Shown: positions 19,901-29,707, numbered from the stretch's first letter. The stretch: DNA of 64,000 bases from Candidatus Versatilivorator sp. (GCA_965207735.1 OZ242296.1:3968001-4032000), one strand, 5' to 3'. The notes: generated by a model from the sequence alone, not told the origin. A program made the numbers and translations.

Positions 19901-22900
19901 TTGAGAAGCCCCATGAGGGTGTAGCCGGAGGCGTTGACCTCCCCGGGGGCGCTGTCCGGGATGGGTGTCCACTCGCCGACCTCGCCCAGGCCTTCTTTGA
20001 GGCGGTACTCGTAGCGCAGGATCTCGGCGCCCCCGTCGCTTTCCGGCGGGCTCCACGCCAACCGCACCGCCCCGTCCCCGGGCGTCGCCGTCAGGACTGC
20101 CGGCGCTTCCGGCGCAAACAGCAGGCCACCGCCGCCGCCACCACCTCCTCCGCCTCCTCCACCGACGCCACGACCTCCTCCTCCAGCTATCGGCGTGGCC
20201 ATCGCCGTCTCTACCCCGCCCTTGCCCAGAGCATTGACCGCCCGCGCCTCGATGACATATTCCCGGCCGTTGATCAGGCCTCCCACCGTCACCCCGATCG
20301 ACCCAGCTCCCACGTTCTCCCACTCGCTCCACGCGTCTCCCACCGCTTGATACCGGTACTCGTAGCGGATGATGGCCGAGCCTCCGTTATCCGACGGCCG
20401 ATTCCATCTCAACCTCACCGATTCGTTGCTCCCGTTGGCCGCAAGACTCAATGTCGAAATCGGTTCGGGCGCCCCAGGCGGCGACACCCGCACCGCAAGC
20501 GGCTCCTCGGGATCTTCGTTCGGCTTGCTGTCCGCAGACGAGTTCACACGGCCCGCCGGCACCGTCAACGTCAAGGTGTAGCTGTGGGCCACACTGCCGG
20601 TATGCGGGGTCACCGTGGTGGTGAAAACCCGGTCGTCAGCCGTTTGCAGGGCCCCGATCCCCGGATCGCAAGACACCGGATTGTTCAGATCGTCAGTGCA
20701 CTCAGGATCCTGGTCGGACTCGATGTCGCTCCCGCTGAACCCCGGCACCGGCTCAGAGAAGCTGATTCTCACCGTGAACGAACCCGACACCGGAGGCTCG
20801 GTGCCGCTCGTCATCACGACCGTCAGCGGCGTCACGGTCATCCCCTCGCCCGATTCCGACCAGTCACTCGTCCCCTCGTCGTTTCTGGCCCGCACCTGTA
20901 CCTCGTAGTCCGTGCCCGGCTCGAGGTCGGAAAGGGGCAAGCTGAGGCCCGGCCCGTCGTGGCCTCCGTCACGGAAGCCCCCCCTGTCCTTTTCCCGGTA
21001 CTGCACGTCATAGTCGGTGATCGGAGGGCCGGTGTTGTCCGGCTCGTTCCAGTTCACCGTCAGACTGTCGGTCGTCTCCTCCGAAAACGTGGGTGCGTCC
21101 GGAACACCAGGAGGTTCCCGCTCGTCGGTCACCGTGATCGTGAACGTCTTCTCCACCGTCAGCTCCCTGGATCCCGTCCCGCTGGTCACTTCCACCGTTA
21201 CCTCGTACTCGTTGTCTCCGGGACCTTCGAAATCCGACTGATCCCGGAAGCTCAACTCCCCTGTGTCCGAGGTAATCTCAAACCGCGACTGATCAGCCCC
21301 GCCCGTAATCGCCCAGCCCGTCACTTCGTCCCCCGGGTCGGTGTCCCTCCCCGCCAGACGCCTCGCCGCCGTCTGGTTCTCCGGAACTTCGAACGAACTC
21401 GGACTCGTGATCTCCGGGTCCGTGTTGGGCGCACCCGTCGTGTTGGTTACCGACCGGTTGCTCAGCCCCGCTGCGTCATTGCCCACCTCGTCCTGGATCG
21501 GGTTGGTCCCCACTGTGTAGCTCACCCGAATCCCCGTATCCCCGTGCTCCACCTCGGGGTTGAGAGTCAGGGTCACCACAGTCCCGCCGATCAAGACTCC
21601 CGAAACGGTTCGCCCACTCCCGTCCACCTCTGCCGTGAAGTCTTCTGGAGCGGGCCTCGATCCTTCGTCCAGCGCCTCTCCGTAGGTCAGCGTCAGCGAG
21701 GCCCCGTCCACCGCCGCACTCGCAAACGCCGGCCTCACCCCGTCCACCTGGTGCCCCGCCTGCGTCGCCACCGTCTCATGGGCCAGCGCCGCCGCATTGT
21801 CCGCCTCATCCTTAATGCTTCCTCCGTTGAGCGTCAGTTGGTCTGCCTCCACGCTCACGCCGTCGGTGTCTTCGTCGCCATCGACCACCTCATAGCCGAA
21901 CACCAGCGCCGCCGTGCCCGTGCCGCTCTCATAGCCGGCCATGCGATTCCTGCCCCCCACGCTCAGCCTCAGCCGCGGTGTTCCCGTTACCGTCACCGTC
22001 TCGTTGAACCTCACCGTCACCTCGATCTCGTCCCCCGCCGCATAGATCTGATCCCCCCCGGGGTTCGAGGTGATGGCCAAACTGCTCACCGTCGGCGGGG
22101 TCGTGTCCGGAGTTTCGTTGGTCACCGGCACGCGGCTCAGCGTCATCGCCGCGTTGCCCACCGCGTCCCGAATCGGGTTCATTCCCGGCGTATAGCTCAC
22201 CCGGATCCCTGCTTCCTCGTGCTCGGCTCCCACATCCAGGGTCAACTCCACCGTCGCACCGCGGAGCGCAACTCGGGTGATCGTCCGCGTATGATCGCCT
22301 CCATCCACCGTGAAGTCCCCCGGCTCAGGGGTCGAGCTCCCGTCGAGCGGCTCGTCGTAGGTCAGTGTCAGCATCGTCCCGTCGACCACCGCTCCGCCGG
22401 TGACAACCAGCTGCGGGTTGACCGCATCCACTTTGTGGCCCGAGTCGGCGGCCACCGCATCATGGTCCAGTTCAGCATCATTGCTCGAGCCGTCTTTGAT
22501 CGTCCCCCCGTTCCGGTCGATGCGGCCGGCAGCAAGGCTCACCCCGTCGGTGTCCAGGTCGCCGCTCGCCACCGGGTAGGCGAACACCAGCGTGTCGCTG
22601 TTCGAACCGCGGGCGTAGGTCGCCGGCTTTGTCTGCACCCCCACCGTCAGGGACAACCGCGGCAGCCCCGTCACCACCACGGTTTCATCGAACGTCACCG
22701 TCACCTCGATCTCCTCGCCGATCGCATAGGTCAGGTCCGGCCCCGGGTTCGAGCTGATCTCGACCCTACTCACCGTCGGCGCCGTGGTGTCTTCGGCGAT
22801 CCTGAGTATGCGGTCCGCGCTGCCGCCGTTCGAGGTGGTCACATACAGGGCTCCGTCAGGACCCAACATCGGGGTCCGCAGCCGACCGAAAGCGCCGTTT

Positions 22901-25900
22901 AGCTCGGGCACGATGACCTGACTCACGAAGGCCCCTTCCGGGGTGAACTCGAAGAGGCGTAGCTTGCTGTCCGCGAGCGTAGCCACCGCCAGTCGCCCCT
23001 CCCAGACGCCCCAATGCTCGCCCTCGAGGAAGATGCCGCCGCTAGTAGCCAAGGTTGAGGAACCCGACGACCACTTGGCCTCAAGGGCGTCAGGGAACTT
23101 CGCGAGGTCGGTCATGGAGACCCTTTCGCTGTAGCCGGGCACTGGGTCCCAGCCGTAGTTGCGGCCGGCAACCAGCAGGTTGATCTCGTCGTCCACTCTC
23201 GGGCCGTGCTCCACCGACCACATCTGGCTCGTGCCTGGGCGGAGAGCCAAGCCCTGCACGTTCCTGTGGCCATAGGTGTAGACCGGTGATGGAGCGAATG
23301 GGTTGGTCGGCGCCCCGGCGCCCGTGGATGCGTCGACTCGAAGGACCTTCCCTCCGAGCGAGCTCAGATTCTGCGGGACCGTCCCGGATGCCGCGTCGCC
23401 GGTCGCGATCCACAGATAGCCCTGCGGTCCGAAGCGCAGCCGGCAGCCGCCGTGACGACCGCTGGTGATGGGCATGTCCCCGACAAGGGGATCGGCGTCT
23501 CGGGTGGCCGCATTGTAGGTGGTGTCGATGGTCCAGGCGATCACCTGTATCTCAGGCCCGGTGTGGCCCTGGCAGGTGTAGAAGCGCCGGTTGGAGGCAA
23601 AACTCGGATCGACGACGATGCCCATCAATCCGGTCTCTCCGCTAGCGAACAAGTCGCTGAAATCGGCGGTGACGGTCTGGACCGTGCCATCGGTGAGTCG
23701 ACGGCTCAGCACACCCCCCCGCTGGGTGAACAGCATCGTCCCGTCGGGCGCGAAGGCGATGTCCCAGGGGATCGACAGGCCGGAGACGAGAGTGTCAACC
23801 TGGAGATCGGGCGGGGCGATCTCGCTGCTGCTTACCCCCTGCGCCTGCTTGCCGGAACCCTGCGCGTCGTTGTAGGACGCTGTGGCTCGCAGGTACATTT
23901 CTTTATCGTCGCTGGACGGCGTATAGCTGGCCGAGGTAGCGCTGCCGATATCGGTCCAGCCCGTGCTGCGGTCCGAAGACCTGGCCCATTGCCAGCTCCT
24001 GCTGTTCACACCGCCGTCGGGATCACTCAAGGTCGCCCTGATTGCAGACCCGATCTGGGAGAAGCTGACCGTTCCGGCTTCCTCCAGGTTGCGCACGCTG
24101 ACGGTGATCGTGTGCTCCGCCGTCAGCGCCCGATCGGCCGTGCCGCCGGTCGCCGTCACGGTCACGACGTACTCGTTGTTTCCCGCCTCGTTGAGGGGAT
24201 CCGTGCTGGCGACATCCGCTGCACTCTCGTAGTTCGGCGGGACCTTGAAGGTCAGCACACCCGTCGTTTCGCCGATATCGAACTTCATAGAGTCGGCCCC
24301 GCCGGTAATCGCATAGCTGACCCCGTCGACGCTGTCCGGGTCCGCGGCGGCCACAGTGGCTGCCGCCGTCTGGTTCTCGTCCGCTTGGAAGCTCGCCATG
24401 CTGGTGAAGGACGGCGCGGTGTTGACCGACTGGCGAGTGAAAGTCAGGGTCGCGATCCGCTGGTTCGAGAACTTGCCCTTTCCCCGGAGGCTGGTGATCG
24501 TTTCCTGGGGGATGGTCTTGGTGGTTGACAGCCCGAACCCCTCGCCCTCCGCGGTCCCGGAGTCCCAGGGATACAGCTTCACCTCGTGCGACGCCAGCCA
24601 GTTGCCGTCCACGTCAAGCAGCGAGAGCCCGGAAACGCCCACGAACCAGTCGGGGCTCGGGGCGATCATCGTCAGCAGGGTGACCCGGGGATGGTCCGTG
24701 GTCAGCGTAACCATCTGGATGGTCTCGGTATCCTCCGCGCCGAGGCCGCCCGCGCTCTGGAGGACGCTGAGGCTGTCGGTTCCGGCGGCATTCACTTCGG
24801 CGGCCAACGTGGTCGTGGTCCCGCGTTCCGCCATCGCCGCGACCCCGGCGGTGGCGGTGCCGCCGGCTTCCAGGAAGGTCACGGCGTCGTTGTGGATGCC
24901 GCCGATCAGGGTCGTGAAGTGTGCGGTGTTGGGTACGCCGCCGGGGGTGACGGACGTGGTCCACTCGCTGGTGAAAACCACCCTGTAGACAGCCTTCGAC
25001 CTGATCGCGACCTCCGGGTCGTCCGGGCTCGGTGTCAACGACGGGTCGGTGCCGGCGATGAGGGCCGAAATCCCCGCCGCGTTCTTGCCCGAGTCCAGCG
25101 GGTCGGTGTAGGACGCCGTCGCCCGCAGGTAGTTCCCCGTGTCGGCGGCAACCGGCGTGTAGCTCGAGGTGGCGCCGTTGCCGGTGGCTCCGGTGACGGC
25201 GGTCCAGGGGCCGGAGACGCTGGTGGACTTATCCCACCTCCAGGTGACGTCGCTCACCGCGCCGTCCGGGTCGGTCAGTGTCGCGGTCACTGCCGTGCCC
25301 ACCGTAGGCAGCGCCGACACCGACACCCTCCCGGCCTCATCCGCGTTGGTGACGGTGATCGTCACGTCGACCCTGTCGTCGGTGAGGGTGTCGGGCTCGC
25401 CGCTGCCGTCCTTGCTGTCGCGAACCGTGACGGTGACGGCATAGCTCGACCTGGTCTCGTAGTCGAGGGCGGCCTTCGTCTGCAACTGCCCGCTCGTCTC
25501 AACGATATCGAAGGCGGCGGCGTCCGTCCCGCCCAAGGTATACGTCAGCGTGTCGCCGTCCGCGTCGATGGCCGCCACGGCCGCGCCGATGTTCTCGCCC
25601 GGCCCCGCGTCCTCCGCCACCGCGCGGGCGCCGGTCTCGCTGGAGGGGAACGCCGGCTGGTTGTTGCTGCCGATCGAGGTCGGGCGGGTGACGTTGACGG
25701 TGTAGGTCTTGCTCGCCGAACCGTTCGTGACCGCGAAGCTGATGGCCGTGGTGGCGCCCGCGGCAACGTTCACCTGGTGGCCGTTGGCGTCGTCGCCGTC
25801 CGCGTCGGCGGGGGTGATGACGACCGCGGCCCGGCCCTGGACCGGGTCGGCCGCCACGGTGACGACGGCCACACCGGCGGCGACATCGACGGCGTAGGTC

Positions 25901-28731
25901 TCGGTGCTCAAGGAAAAGCCGGGAATGTCCGTGGAGTCGACGGTCAGCGATTTGAGGTAGGCGCTGGCCGGCATGTTGTAGGCGTACAGCTTGTCGTCTT
26001 CGTCGTCCGCCACCCACATGGTCTCGCCGTCGGACCACAGGCCCCAGGCGTCGGCGTTCTCGGCGACCAGATCGACGGACCTGGGCTCGTCTTGGGAGCC
26101 GCCCAACGTATAGGCGCGCAACATGGGGCCCGACGGGTTCGTGATCCACAAGGTGATTCCGTCGGAGTGGGCCGCTCCGTTCGCCCGGCCACCATGGATA
26201 GTGAAATCCTTACTGTCGTCGTCGGCCCCGGTCGCCAGCACGTAGGCATGAGCTATAGTCTCGCTGGGAGTCATCACCCACATGGTCTCGCCGTCGGTCC
26301 AGATAGTGGCGGCGCCGAGGGTGTTGTCGGATGCCGTGATGTCCCGATCGGCCACGCGCGCCCCGGCCGCCAGGGTGTAGGCGTACAGCTTCTTGCCGTT
26401 CAAGTCCGCCACCCACAGGATCTCACCGTCGGACGCGAGGTCGTAGGGGTCGTCGTTGGCGGCATCCAGGGTGATGTCCCGACCGTCAACGCGCGCCCCG
26501 GTCGCCAGATTGTAGGCGAACAGCTTCTTGTCGCTCGAGTCCGCGACCCACATGATCTCGCCGTCGGACCACAGGCCGCGGGGGGAGGTGTTGCCGGCGC
26601 CGATCAGGGTGTTCAGGTCCTTCTCCAGATTCCAGCCTTTGGGCTCCGTGGAGCTCCGGCTGATGACGAGGGTGTAGGTCTTCGTGTTTCCTTGCGCGGC
26701 GGTGACGGTGATCGTCATCTCGTTGCGGCCGGGACTGAGGTTCCACTGATGGCCGGGGGCGGTGTCGGCGTCGGCGACGGAATACTCCACCGACGCCGCG
26801 GTGTCGGCCCTGGTCGCCGTGACCGTGGTTTGGGTCACCGCGTTGGCGACGCCCATCGAATACTCAAGGACGTCGGGCATGAAGCTACCGAGGTTCGTGG
26901 GGCCGACAGGAGTGGCGTCGACGGTGAGGGCGCTCAGGTCGGCGTTGGCCGACAGCGTGACCTCGCCCGTCGCGGTGGCTGACCAGAGCCCGTCGACGTC
27001 GGTAACCGCCCGCACCTGCACCTTGTAGGTCCCGGGTGTCAGGCCGGTGATCTGAGCCTCCAGCCCGCCGCTGGTCCAGGCATTGTCGAGCACGGTCCAG
27101 TTCGCGTCGTCCTCGCTGTTGGCGATATCGGGGATGTGACGCAAGTCGTAGGCGGTGATCGCGCTGCCGCCGTTATTGCTGGGCGCCCGCCACTCCACGT
27201 CCAGCGTTAGCGTTCCGGGGCTTGGCTGCTGCGCGCGGACGTTCCGCGGCGGGCCGGGGCCGCCCTTGTCGATCGTGAGGGTGTAGTCTCGGGTGGCGCC
27301 GCTCTGGGCGGTGACGGTGATCGTCACGGCATTGTCGCCTGACGAGAGGTTCACCTGGTGGCCGTCCGTGTTCGTGTCGGCGTCTGTCGGCGAGGTGACG
27401 GCAGCCGTAGCCTTGAGCTGGCGCGCAGTCGGTGTGATAGTGACCTGCTGCACGCCGCCGTGGACACGATGGCTGTACGTCTCCGCCGGCGTATCGGTGA
27501 CGGTGATCTTGGCGTCGCCTACCAGCAGGCCGCCCAGGTCGGTGTTGGTCGACTCCGGCATGTGGTAGGAGAACACCTTGTCCACATGGCCGTCGGAGAC
27601 CCACATGGTGACGCCGTCGGACCACAAGCCCCCGGCGCCCTCTACTTCCTCGACCTCGAACTGCTTGTCCGTGTCGAGCGCCTGGGTTGCCAGGTCGTAG
27701 GCGTAGACCTTGTCGTCGTCCGAGTCCACCACCCACATGGTGACGCCGTCGGACCAGATGCCCATGGGATGCTCGTTGCCGGCCGTGGCCATGGTGGAAA
27801 TGCTGATGTCCTTGGCCGGCAACCTGGCGTCGTCCGCGTTGCCTCGCTCCCAGTCCGCCAGCGTGTAGGCATACACCCTGGCGGCGTCCGCGTTCGTGTT
27901 CTTCAGGACCCACGCGGTCTCGCCGTCCGACCACAGGTCGGCGATCTTGTCGTTGCCGATGGGGAGATCCCTGTCGTTTGCCCGCGCCTTGGTCGTCAGA
28001 TTGTAGGCGTAGAAGCGCTGGTCCGGCCGGCGATACCGCACCCACAGGATCTCGCCATCGGACCAGATGTTGAAGGGATTCTTGCTACCTGACAAGTCCG
28101 AGCTGGTGAAGTCCTTGTCCGCGTCGCGCGCCTTGGTTGCCAGATTGTAGGCGTACAGGTCGCGATCGTTTGAGTCGGCCACCCACATCGTTTCGCCGTC
28201 GGACCAGATGTCGCGGACGAACTTGCTGGTGTCCACAAGGTTCTCGATGTCGTCCACGACCGTCCATCCGAAGTCCACGCGCCGGACGATCCTGAGGGTG
28301 TAGGTCTGCATGGCGGTCCCATCCGTGACGACGATCGAGAACGTGTTGACGCCCTCGTCCAGGTTGACCGTGTGGGCGCTGCCGCTGGTCACGGACGTGC
28401 CGTCGATGGTGAGCGTGGCGGTGGACGCGCTTGCGGTGGCGGTAACCGTCGCGGTGGCGTCCGCATTGCCGACACCAACGGCGTAGCTGACGGTGCCGGG
28501 GGTAAAACCGGGCACGGACGTCCCGTTAACGCTGAGATCGCTCAGCGTGGCGTCGGGGGTCTGGGCAAAGGCGGCCGGGGCCAGAAGGAGGGCCGCTGCC
28601 GATACGGCAATGGCTGCTGACAGCGTGAAGAGACTGGAGTGGACCTTGGCGCGTATGAGGAACCGGCCTCCTATTCGAGACCCGGGCGCTCCGGATGTCC
28701 TGATCAAGATCTTGCAATGGCGTCGGTGCAT
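16996..28731 (-). CDS. Giant (~3900 aa) secreted multidomain surface protein A: cadherin-like sandwiches, WSDG propeller repeats, FN3, cadherin, Spondin_N, glucose/sorbosone dehydrogenase-like propeller, SwmB-like repeats, poly-Gly hinge, shared C-terminal module
   Basis: Signal peptide AALLLAPAAFA-QT; repeated WSDGETMWVAD; LDYE cadherin motif; MIAPSPDWFVGV (spondin); HGGCRLRFGPQGYLWIATGD..YGHRNVQGLA..EHGP..DEIN (GSDH); TLTLTYDEPLD (SwmB-like). Start codon uncertain (28731 or 28746). Confidence 0.9.
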   Translation of the reverse strand: MHRRHCKILIRTSGAPGSRIGGRFLIRAKVHSSLFTLSAAIAVSAAALLLAPAAFAQTPDATLSDLSVNGTSVPGFTPGTVSYAVGVGNADATATVTATASASTATLTIDGTSVTSGSAHTVNLDEGVNTFSIVVTDGTAMQTYTLRIVRRVDFGWTVVDDIENLVDTSKFVRDIWSDGETMWVADSNDRDLYAYNLATKARDADKDFTSSDLSGSKNPFNIWSDGEILWVRYRRPDQRFYAYNLTTKARANDRDLPIGNDKIADLWSDGETAWVLKNTNADAARVYAYTLADWERGNADDARLPAKDISISTMATAGNEHPMGIWSDGVTMWVVDSDDDKVYAYDLATQALDTDKQFEVEEVEGAGGLWSDGVTMWVSDGHVDKVFSYHMPESTNTDLGGLLVGDAKITVTDTPAETYSHRVHGGVQQVTITPTARQLKATAAVTSPTDADTNTDGHQVNLSSGDNAVTITVTAQSGATRDYTLTIDKGGPGPPRNVRAQQPSPGTLTLDVEWRAPSNNGGSAITAYDLRHIPDIANSEDDANWTVLDNAWTSGGLEAQITGLTPGTYKVQVRAVTDVDGLWSATATGEVTLSANADLSALTVDATPVGPTNLGSFMPDVLEYSMGVANAVTQTTVTATRADTAASVEYSVADADTAPGHQWNLSPGRNEMTITVTAAQGNTKTYTLVISRSSTEPKGWNLEKDLNTLIGAGNTSPRGLWSDGEIMWVADSSDKKLFAYNLATGARVDGRDITLDAANDDPYDLASDGEILWVADLNGKKLYAYTLAAGARVADRDITASDNTLGAATIWTDGETMWVMTPSETIAHAYVLATGADDDSKDFTIHGGRANGAAHSDGITLWITNPSGPMLRAYTLGGSQDEPRSVDLVAENADAWGLWSDGETMWVADDEDDKLYAYNMPASAYLKSLTVDSTDIPGFSLSTETYAVDVAAGVAVVTVAADPVQGRAAVVITPADADGDDANGHQVNVAAGATTAISFAVTNGSASKTYTVNVTRPTSIGSNNQPAFPSSETGARAVAEDAGPGENIGAAVAAIDADGDTLTYTLGGTDAAAFDIVETSGQLQTKAALDYETRSSYAVTVTVRDSKDGSGEPDTLTDDRVDVTITVTNADEAGRVSVSALPTVGTAVTATLTDPDGAVSDVTWRWDKSTSVSGPWTAVTGATGNGATSSYTPVAADTGNYLRATASYTDPLDSGKNAAGISALIAGTDPSLTPSPDDPEVAIRSKAVYRVVFTSEWTTSVTPGGVPNTAHFTTLIGGIHNDAVTFLEAGGTATAGVAAMAERGTTTTLAAEVNAAGTDSLSVLQSAGGLGAEDTETIQMVTLTTDHPRVTLLTMIAPSPDWFVGVSGLSLLDVDGNWLASHEVKLYPWDSGTAEGEGFGLSTTKTIPQETITSLRGKGKFSNQRIATLTFTRQSVNTAPSFTSMASFQADENQTAAATVAAADPDSVDGVSYAITGGADSMKFDIGETTGVLTFKVPPNYESAADVASTDPLNEAGNNEYVVTVTATGGTADRALTAEHTITVSVRNLEEAGTVSFSQIGSAIRATLSDPDGGVNSRSWQWARSSDRSTGWTDIGSATSASYTPSSDDKEMYLRATASYNDAQGSGKQAQGVSSSEIAPPDLQVDTLVSGLSIPWDIAFAPDGTMLFTQRGGVLSRRLTDGTVQTVTADFSDLFASGETGLMGIVVDPSFASNRRFYTCQGHTGPEIQVIAWTIDTTYNAATRDADPLVGDMPITSGRHGGCRLRFGPQGYLWIATGDAASGTVPQNLSSLGGKVLRVDASTGAGAPTNPFAPSPVYTYGHRNVQGLALRPGTSQMWSVEHGPRVDDEINLLVAGRNYGWDPVPGYSERVSMTDLAKFPDALEAKWSSGSSTLATSGGIFLEGEHWGVWEGRLAVATLADSKLRLFEFTPEGAFVSQVIVPELNGAFGRLRTPMLGPDGALYVTTSNGGSADRILRIAEDTTAPTVSRVEISSNPGPDLTYAIGEEIEVTVTFDETVVVTGLPRLSLTVGVQTKPATYARGSNSDTLVFAYPVASGDLDTDGVSLAAGRIDRNGGTIKDGSSNDAELDHDAVAADSGHKVDAVNPQLVVTGGAVVDGTMLTLTYDEPLDGSSTPEPGDFTVDGGDHTRTITRVALRGATVELTLDVGAEHEEAGIRVSYTPGMNPIRDAVGNAAMTLSRVPVTNETPDTTPPTVSSLAITSNPGGDQIYAAGDEIEVTVRFNETVTVTGTPRLRLSVGGRNRMAGYESGTGTAALVFGYEVVDGDEDTDGVSVEADQLTLNGGSIKDEADNAAALAHETVATQAGHQVDGVRPAFASAAVDGASLTLTYGEALDEGSRPAPEDFTAEVDGSGRTVSGVLIGGTVVTLTLNPEVEHGDTGIRVSYTVGTNPIQDEVGNDAAGLSNRSVTNTTGAPNTDPEITSPSSFEVPENQTAARRLAGRDTDPGDEVTGWAITGGADQSRFEITSDTGELSFRDQSDFEGPGDNEYEVTVEVTSGTGSRELTVEKTFTITVTDEREPPGVPDAPTFSEETTDSLTVNWNEPDNTGPPITDYDVQYREKDRGGFRDGGHDGPGLSLPLSDLEPGTDYEVQVRARNDEGTSDWSESGEGMTVTPLTVVMTSGTEPPVSGSFTVRISFSEPVPGFSGSDIESDQDPECTDDLNNPVSCDPGIGALQTADDRVFTTTVTPHTGSVAHSYTLTLTVPAGRVNSSADSKPNEDPEEPLAVRVSPPGAPEPISTLSLAANGSNESVRLRWNRPSDNGGSAIIRYEYRYQAVGDAWSEWENVGAGSIGVTVGGLINGREYVIEARAVNALGKGGVETAMATPIAGGGGRGVGGGGGGGGGGGGGLLFAPEAPAVLTATPGDGAVRLAWSPPESDGGAEILRYEYRLKEGLGEVGEWTPIPDSAPGEVNASGYTLMGLLNGTVYALELRGVNQIGNGRETETVEAVMPLDPAYRSNFRAEDLEGGEAGLEWTPFGGSRRSLKVRFGGGLRFEERELDTAGEVTATRMGSYRYRYTSRTTGELSLDYDGGESCQLRMSFSGVGAGSYSYRCGGALQGQGSFRLSELNRVPEITSPGQFEVVENQRKVVRLEAVDSDEGDEVAGYGIAGGADGALFRVVEETGELSFTEAPDYERPADAVSAEPESPAGDNEYVVVVEARSGEGERERRRQRAIRVRVSDEEEPPGAVGTPEVRAEGTDSLTVSWSEPENRGPEITGYEVRYREEGEEGYRDGGHEGTGLMLTLTGLEEERLYRVEVRAVNEEGRGEWSQPGEGRTGMEEPDAEDPADFSEEDLEGRRATLRITGEEGTARRIELRFAEGNRFEQIERVEARAAIRSESADSRSESTTSRSGSYAYERTGAGRGTVRLDYDDGASCELRLSFTESGVGGYLYDCGEGEVAEGSFRLTTGSLFVPVILSSAGRNNSFFTSELTLTNRGMEEATLHYIYTSDAGGGSGTATDRLEAGRQKIETDALDYLRGLGVPIPATGNRIGTLRVEVAVKSEVEAVVRTTTLVPEGRAGLAYPGVAEGEGFEEAVYLCGLRQNSQDRSNVAFQNMGAPEEGTITLRTTVYSGEAGDTTLRVLKDVVLMPGEFHQFSGVLGGVENGYVKVERVEGEAPFYAYGVINDQGNSDGSFVFPVTAGSLEGKVAQTLPVIVETSEFTSELTVTNFSEEPRRLEFEFVGEQVKTDDKTAAFSMELEGSEQAIVPEVVEELRRQGVAGLGATRGFYAGPVFVRAGEGDLSGIVIGARTGSKGGGGQYSVFYNAVPRGEGFTEEAWVEGLQQNQENRSNLALVNTGEVDGSESVFHLEIYDGETGMLAETVVTRPIPARSWYQINGILGRASSETRQGYIRIEKVSGENPFLAYGVVNDGGAPGERSGDGAYLPARE

Positions 28732-28895
28732 CGCCTTGAAGCGCAAGAACTCGTCCAGGACGTCGCCGTTGAATGGCTATACAGGCCAGAGCGATCCGCA
28801 ACTCAAATCGGTGAACGTGAATGCGCGCTTTGTATCTTTTGTCGTGCGCTAAGTGAACGAGGACTGTGCCCCCCTCTCGCGCATACGCACTTTAC

Positions 28896-29055
28896 AAAAC
28901 CCATGTGAATCTAAGGTGACTAGATGAGTTTTTAGGTGAATAACATGCGAATTCTTTTCCATTACTGCTAGAATCGACTCGGTTGCGCCTTGGCGACACT
29001 CGCATCCGGCTCTTCCACAGAGCCGAGACCGGCCGACAACCAACTGGTCTTACTC
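28896..29055. promoter_or_regulatory. Conserved ~160-bp intergenic element, copy 1 (upstream of protein A)
   Basis: Aligns by eye with 39976-40136 and 57690-57850; contains TGCTAGAAT (extended -10-like); homology stops abruptly at ...ggtcttactc. Confidence 0.75.
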
Positions 29056-29137
29056 AAATATTTTGTTTGTTGGAGCTGTTTGATAATCAAGAAGCAGGGC
29101 AGGGGCCCCGGTCACCTGGACTTGGTATGGGGGCCGG

Positions 29138-29410
29138 ATGGTGAGGCCTGAGGACTTCCTGGGTCTGCCCGTGCCCGAGCAGAAGCCCACCCGCCGCCCC
29201 GGGGCCCAGCGCAGGATGCTTCTCGGCCACCATTCCCAGAGCGAAAGGGACTGCGCCGCAGCGGGCGACGCGCTGTGGAGGGGGGAAGATCCCGAGGCCG
29301 TCATCTCACGCCTTGAGCAGCAGAGCCATGACAAGCCGAATCCCGGCTACTACGCCCGCCGGACGGTCCGGCGAAAGGCAGAAGAACTCAAAGGTTGGAA
29401 AGATGACTGA
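29138..29410 (+). pseudogene. Remnant resembling the C-terminal helical domain of RepB DNA-primase-type plasmid replication proteins
   Basis: SQSERD..A..AL.RGEDPE.VI.RL....DKPNPGYYARRTV pattern, recognised from memory; no catalytic N-terminus. Confidence 0.55.
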
Positions 29411-29645
29411 GTGGATCTGGACGCACTCATGCTCACCGTCAAGGCCTGCAAACCATCGGAACCGACAATTATCGGGTTCTGCTCACGATAGTTCCGCCTC
29501 GGCCGAGCCGTGACGGAGACGAAGCCAGGAGCCTCTTGTGGCAGGGAGCCATGACGCCCTCTATCAGGCCTTGTTCAGCCGCAATGACCCCGTCGCCTAG
29601 CCCATGCCCGGCACCGCCTTGGGGCCGACGGCGAGACCCTTCATA

Positions 29646-29673
29646 TCCCCGGATAAAGGTTGTTATCAAGGCT
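29646..29673. other. Candidate tyrosine-recombinase (dif-like) site
   Basis: TCCCCGGATAA-aggttg-TTATCAAGGCT, 11-6-11 layout with inner GATAA/TTATC symmetry, exactly at the duplication border. Confidence 0.55.
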
Positions 29674-29707
29674 AACCCCTAATTCAGCAGCAGGATAGAG
29701 CAAGCTG

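Noticed and set aside
17611-22902. 1763-aa plus-strand ORF and other long antisense ORFs (24586-26982, 31523-33241, 35878-37287, 49501-50991, 53321-54388)
   Set aside because: Shadows of GC-rich, repetitive genes on the opposite strand; low-complexity Pro/Arg/His or mirrored-repeat translations with no domain motifs.
29459-29479. Palindrome GAACCGACAATTATCGGGTTC as another dif-like site
   Set aside because: No spacer between arms, mismatched, and not at a recognisable module border.
29669-29707. Integron attC site (GTTAGCC on the minus strand after each surface gene)
   Set aside because: No matching RYYYAAC inverse core or extended hairpin after the stop codon, and no integron integrase.
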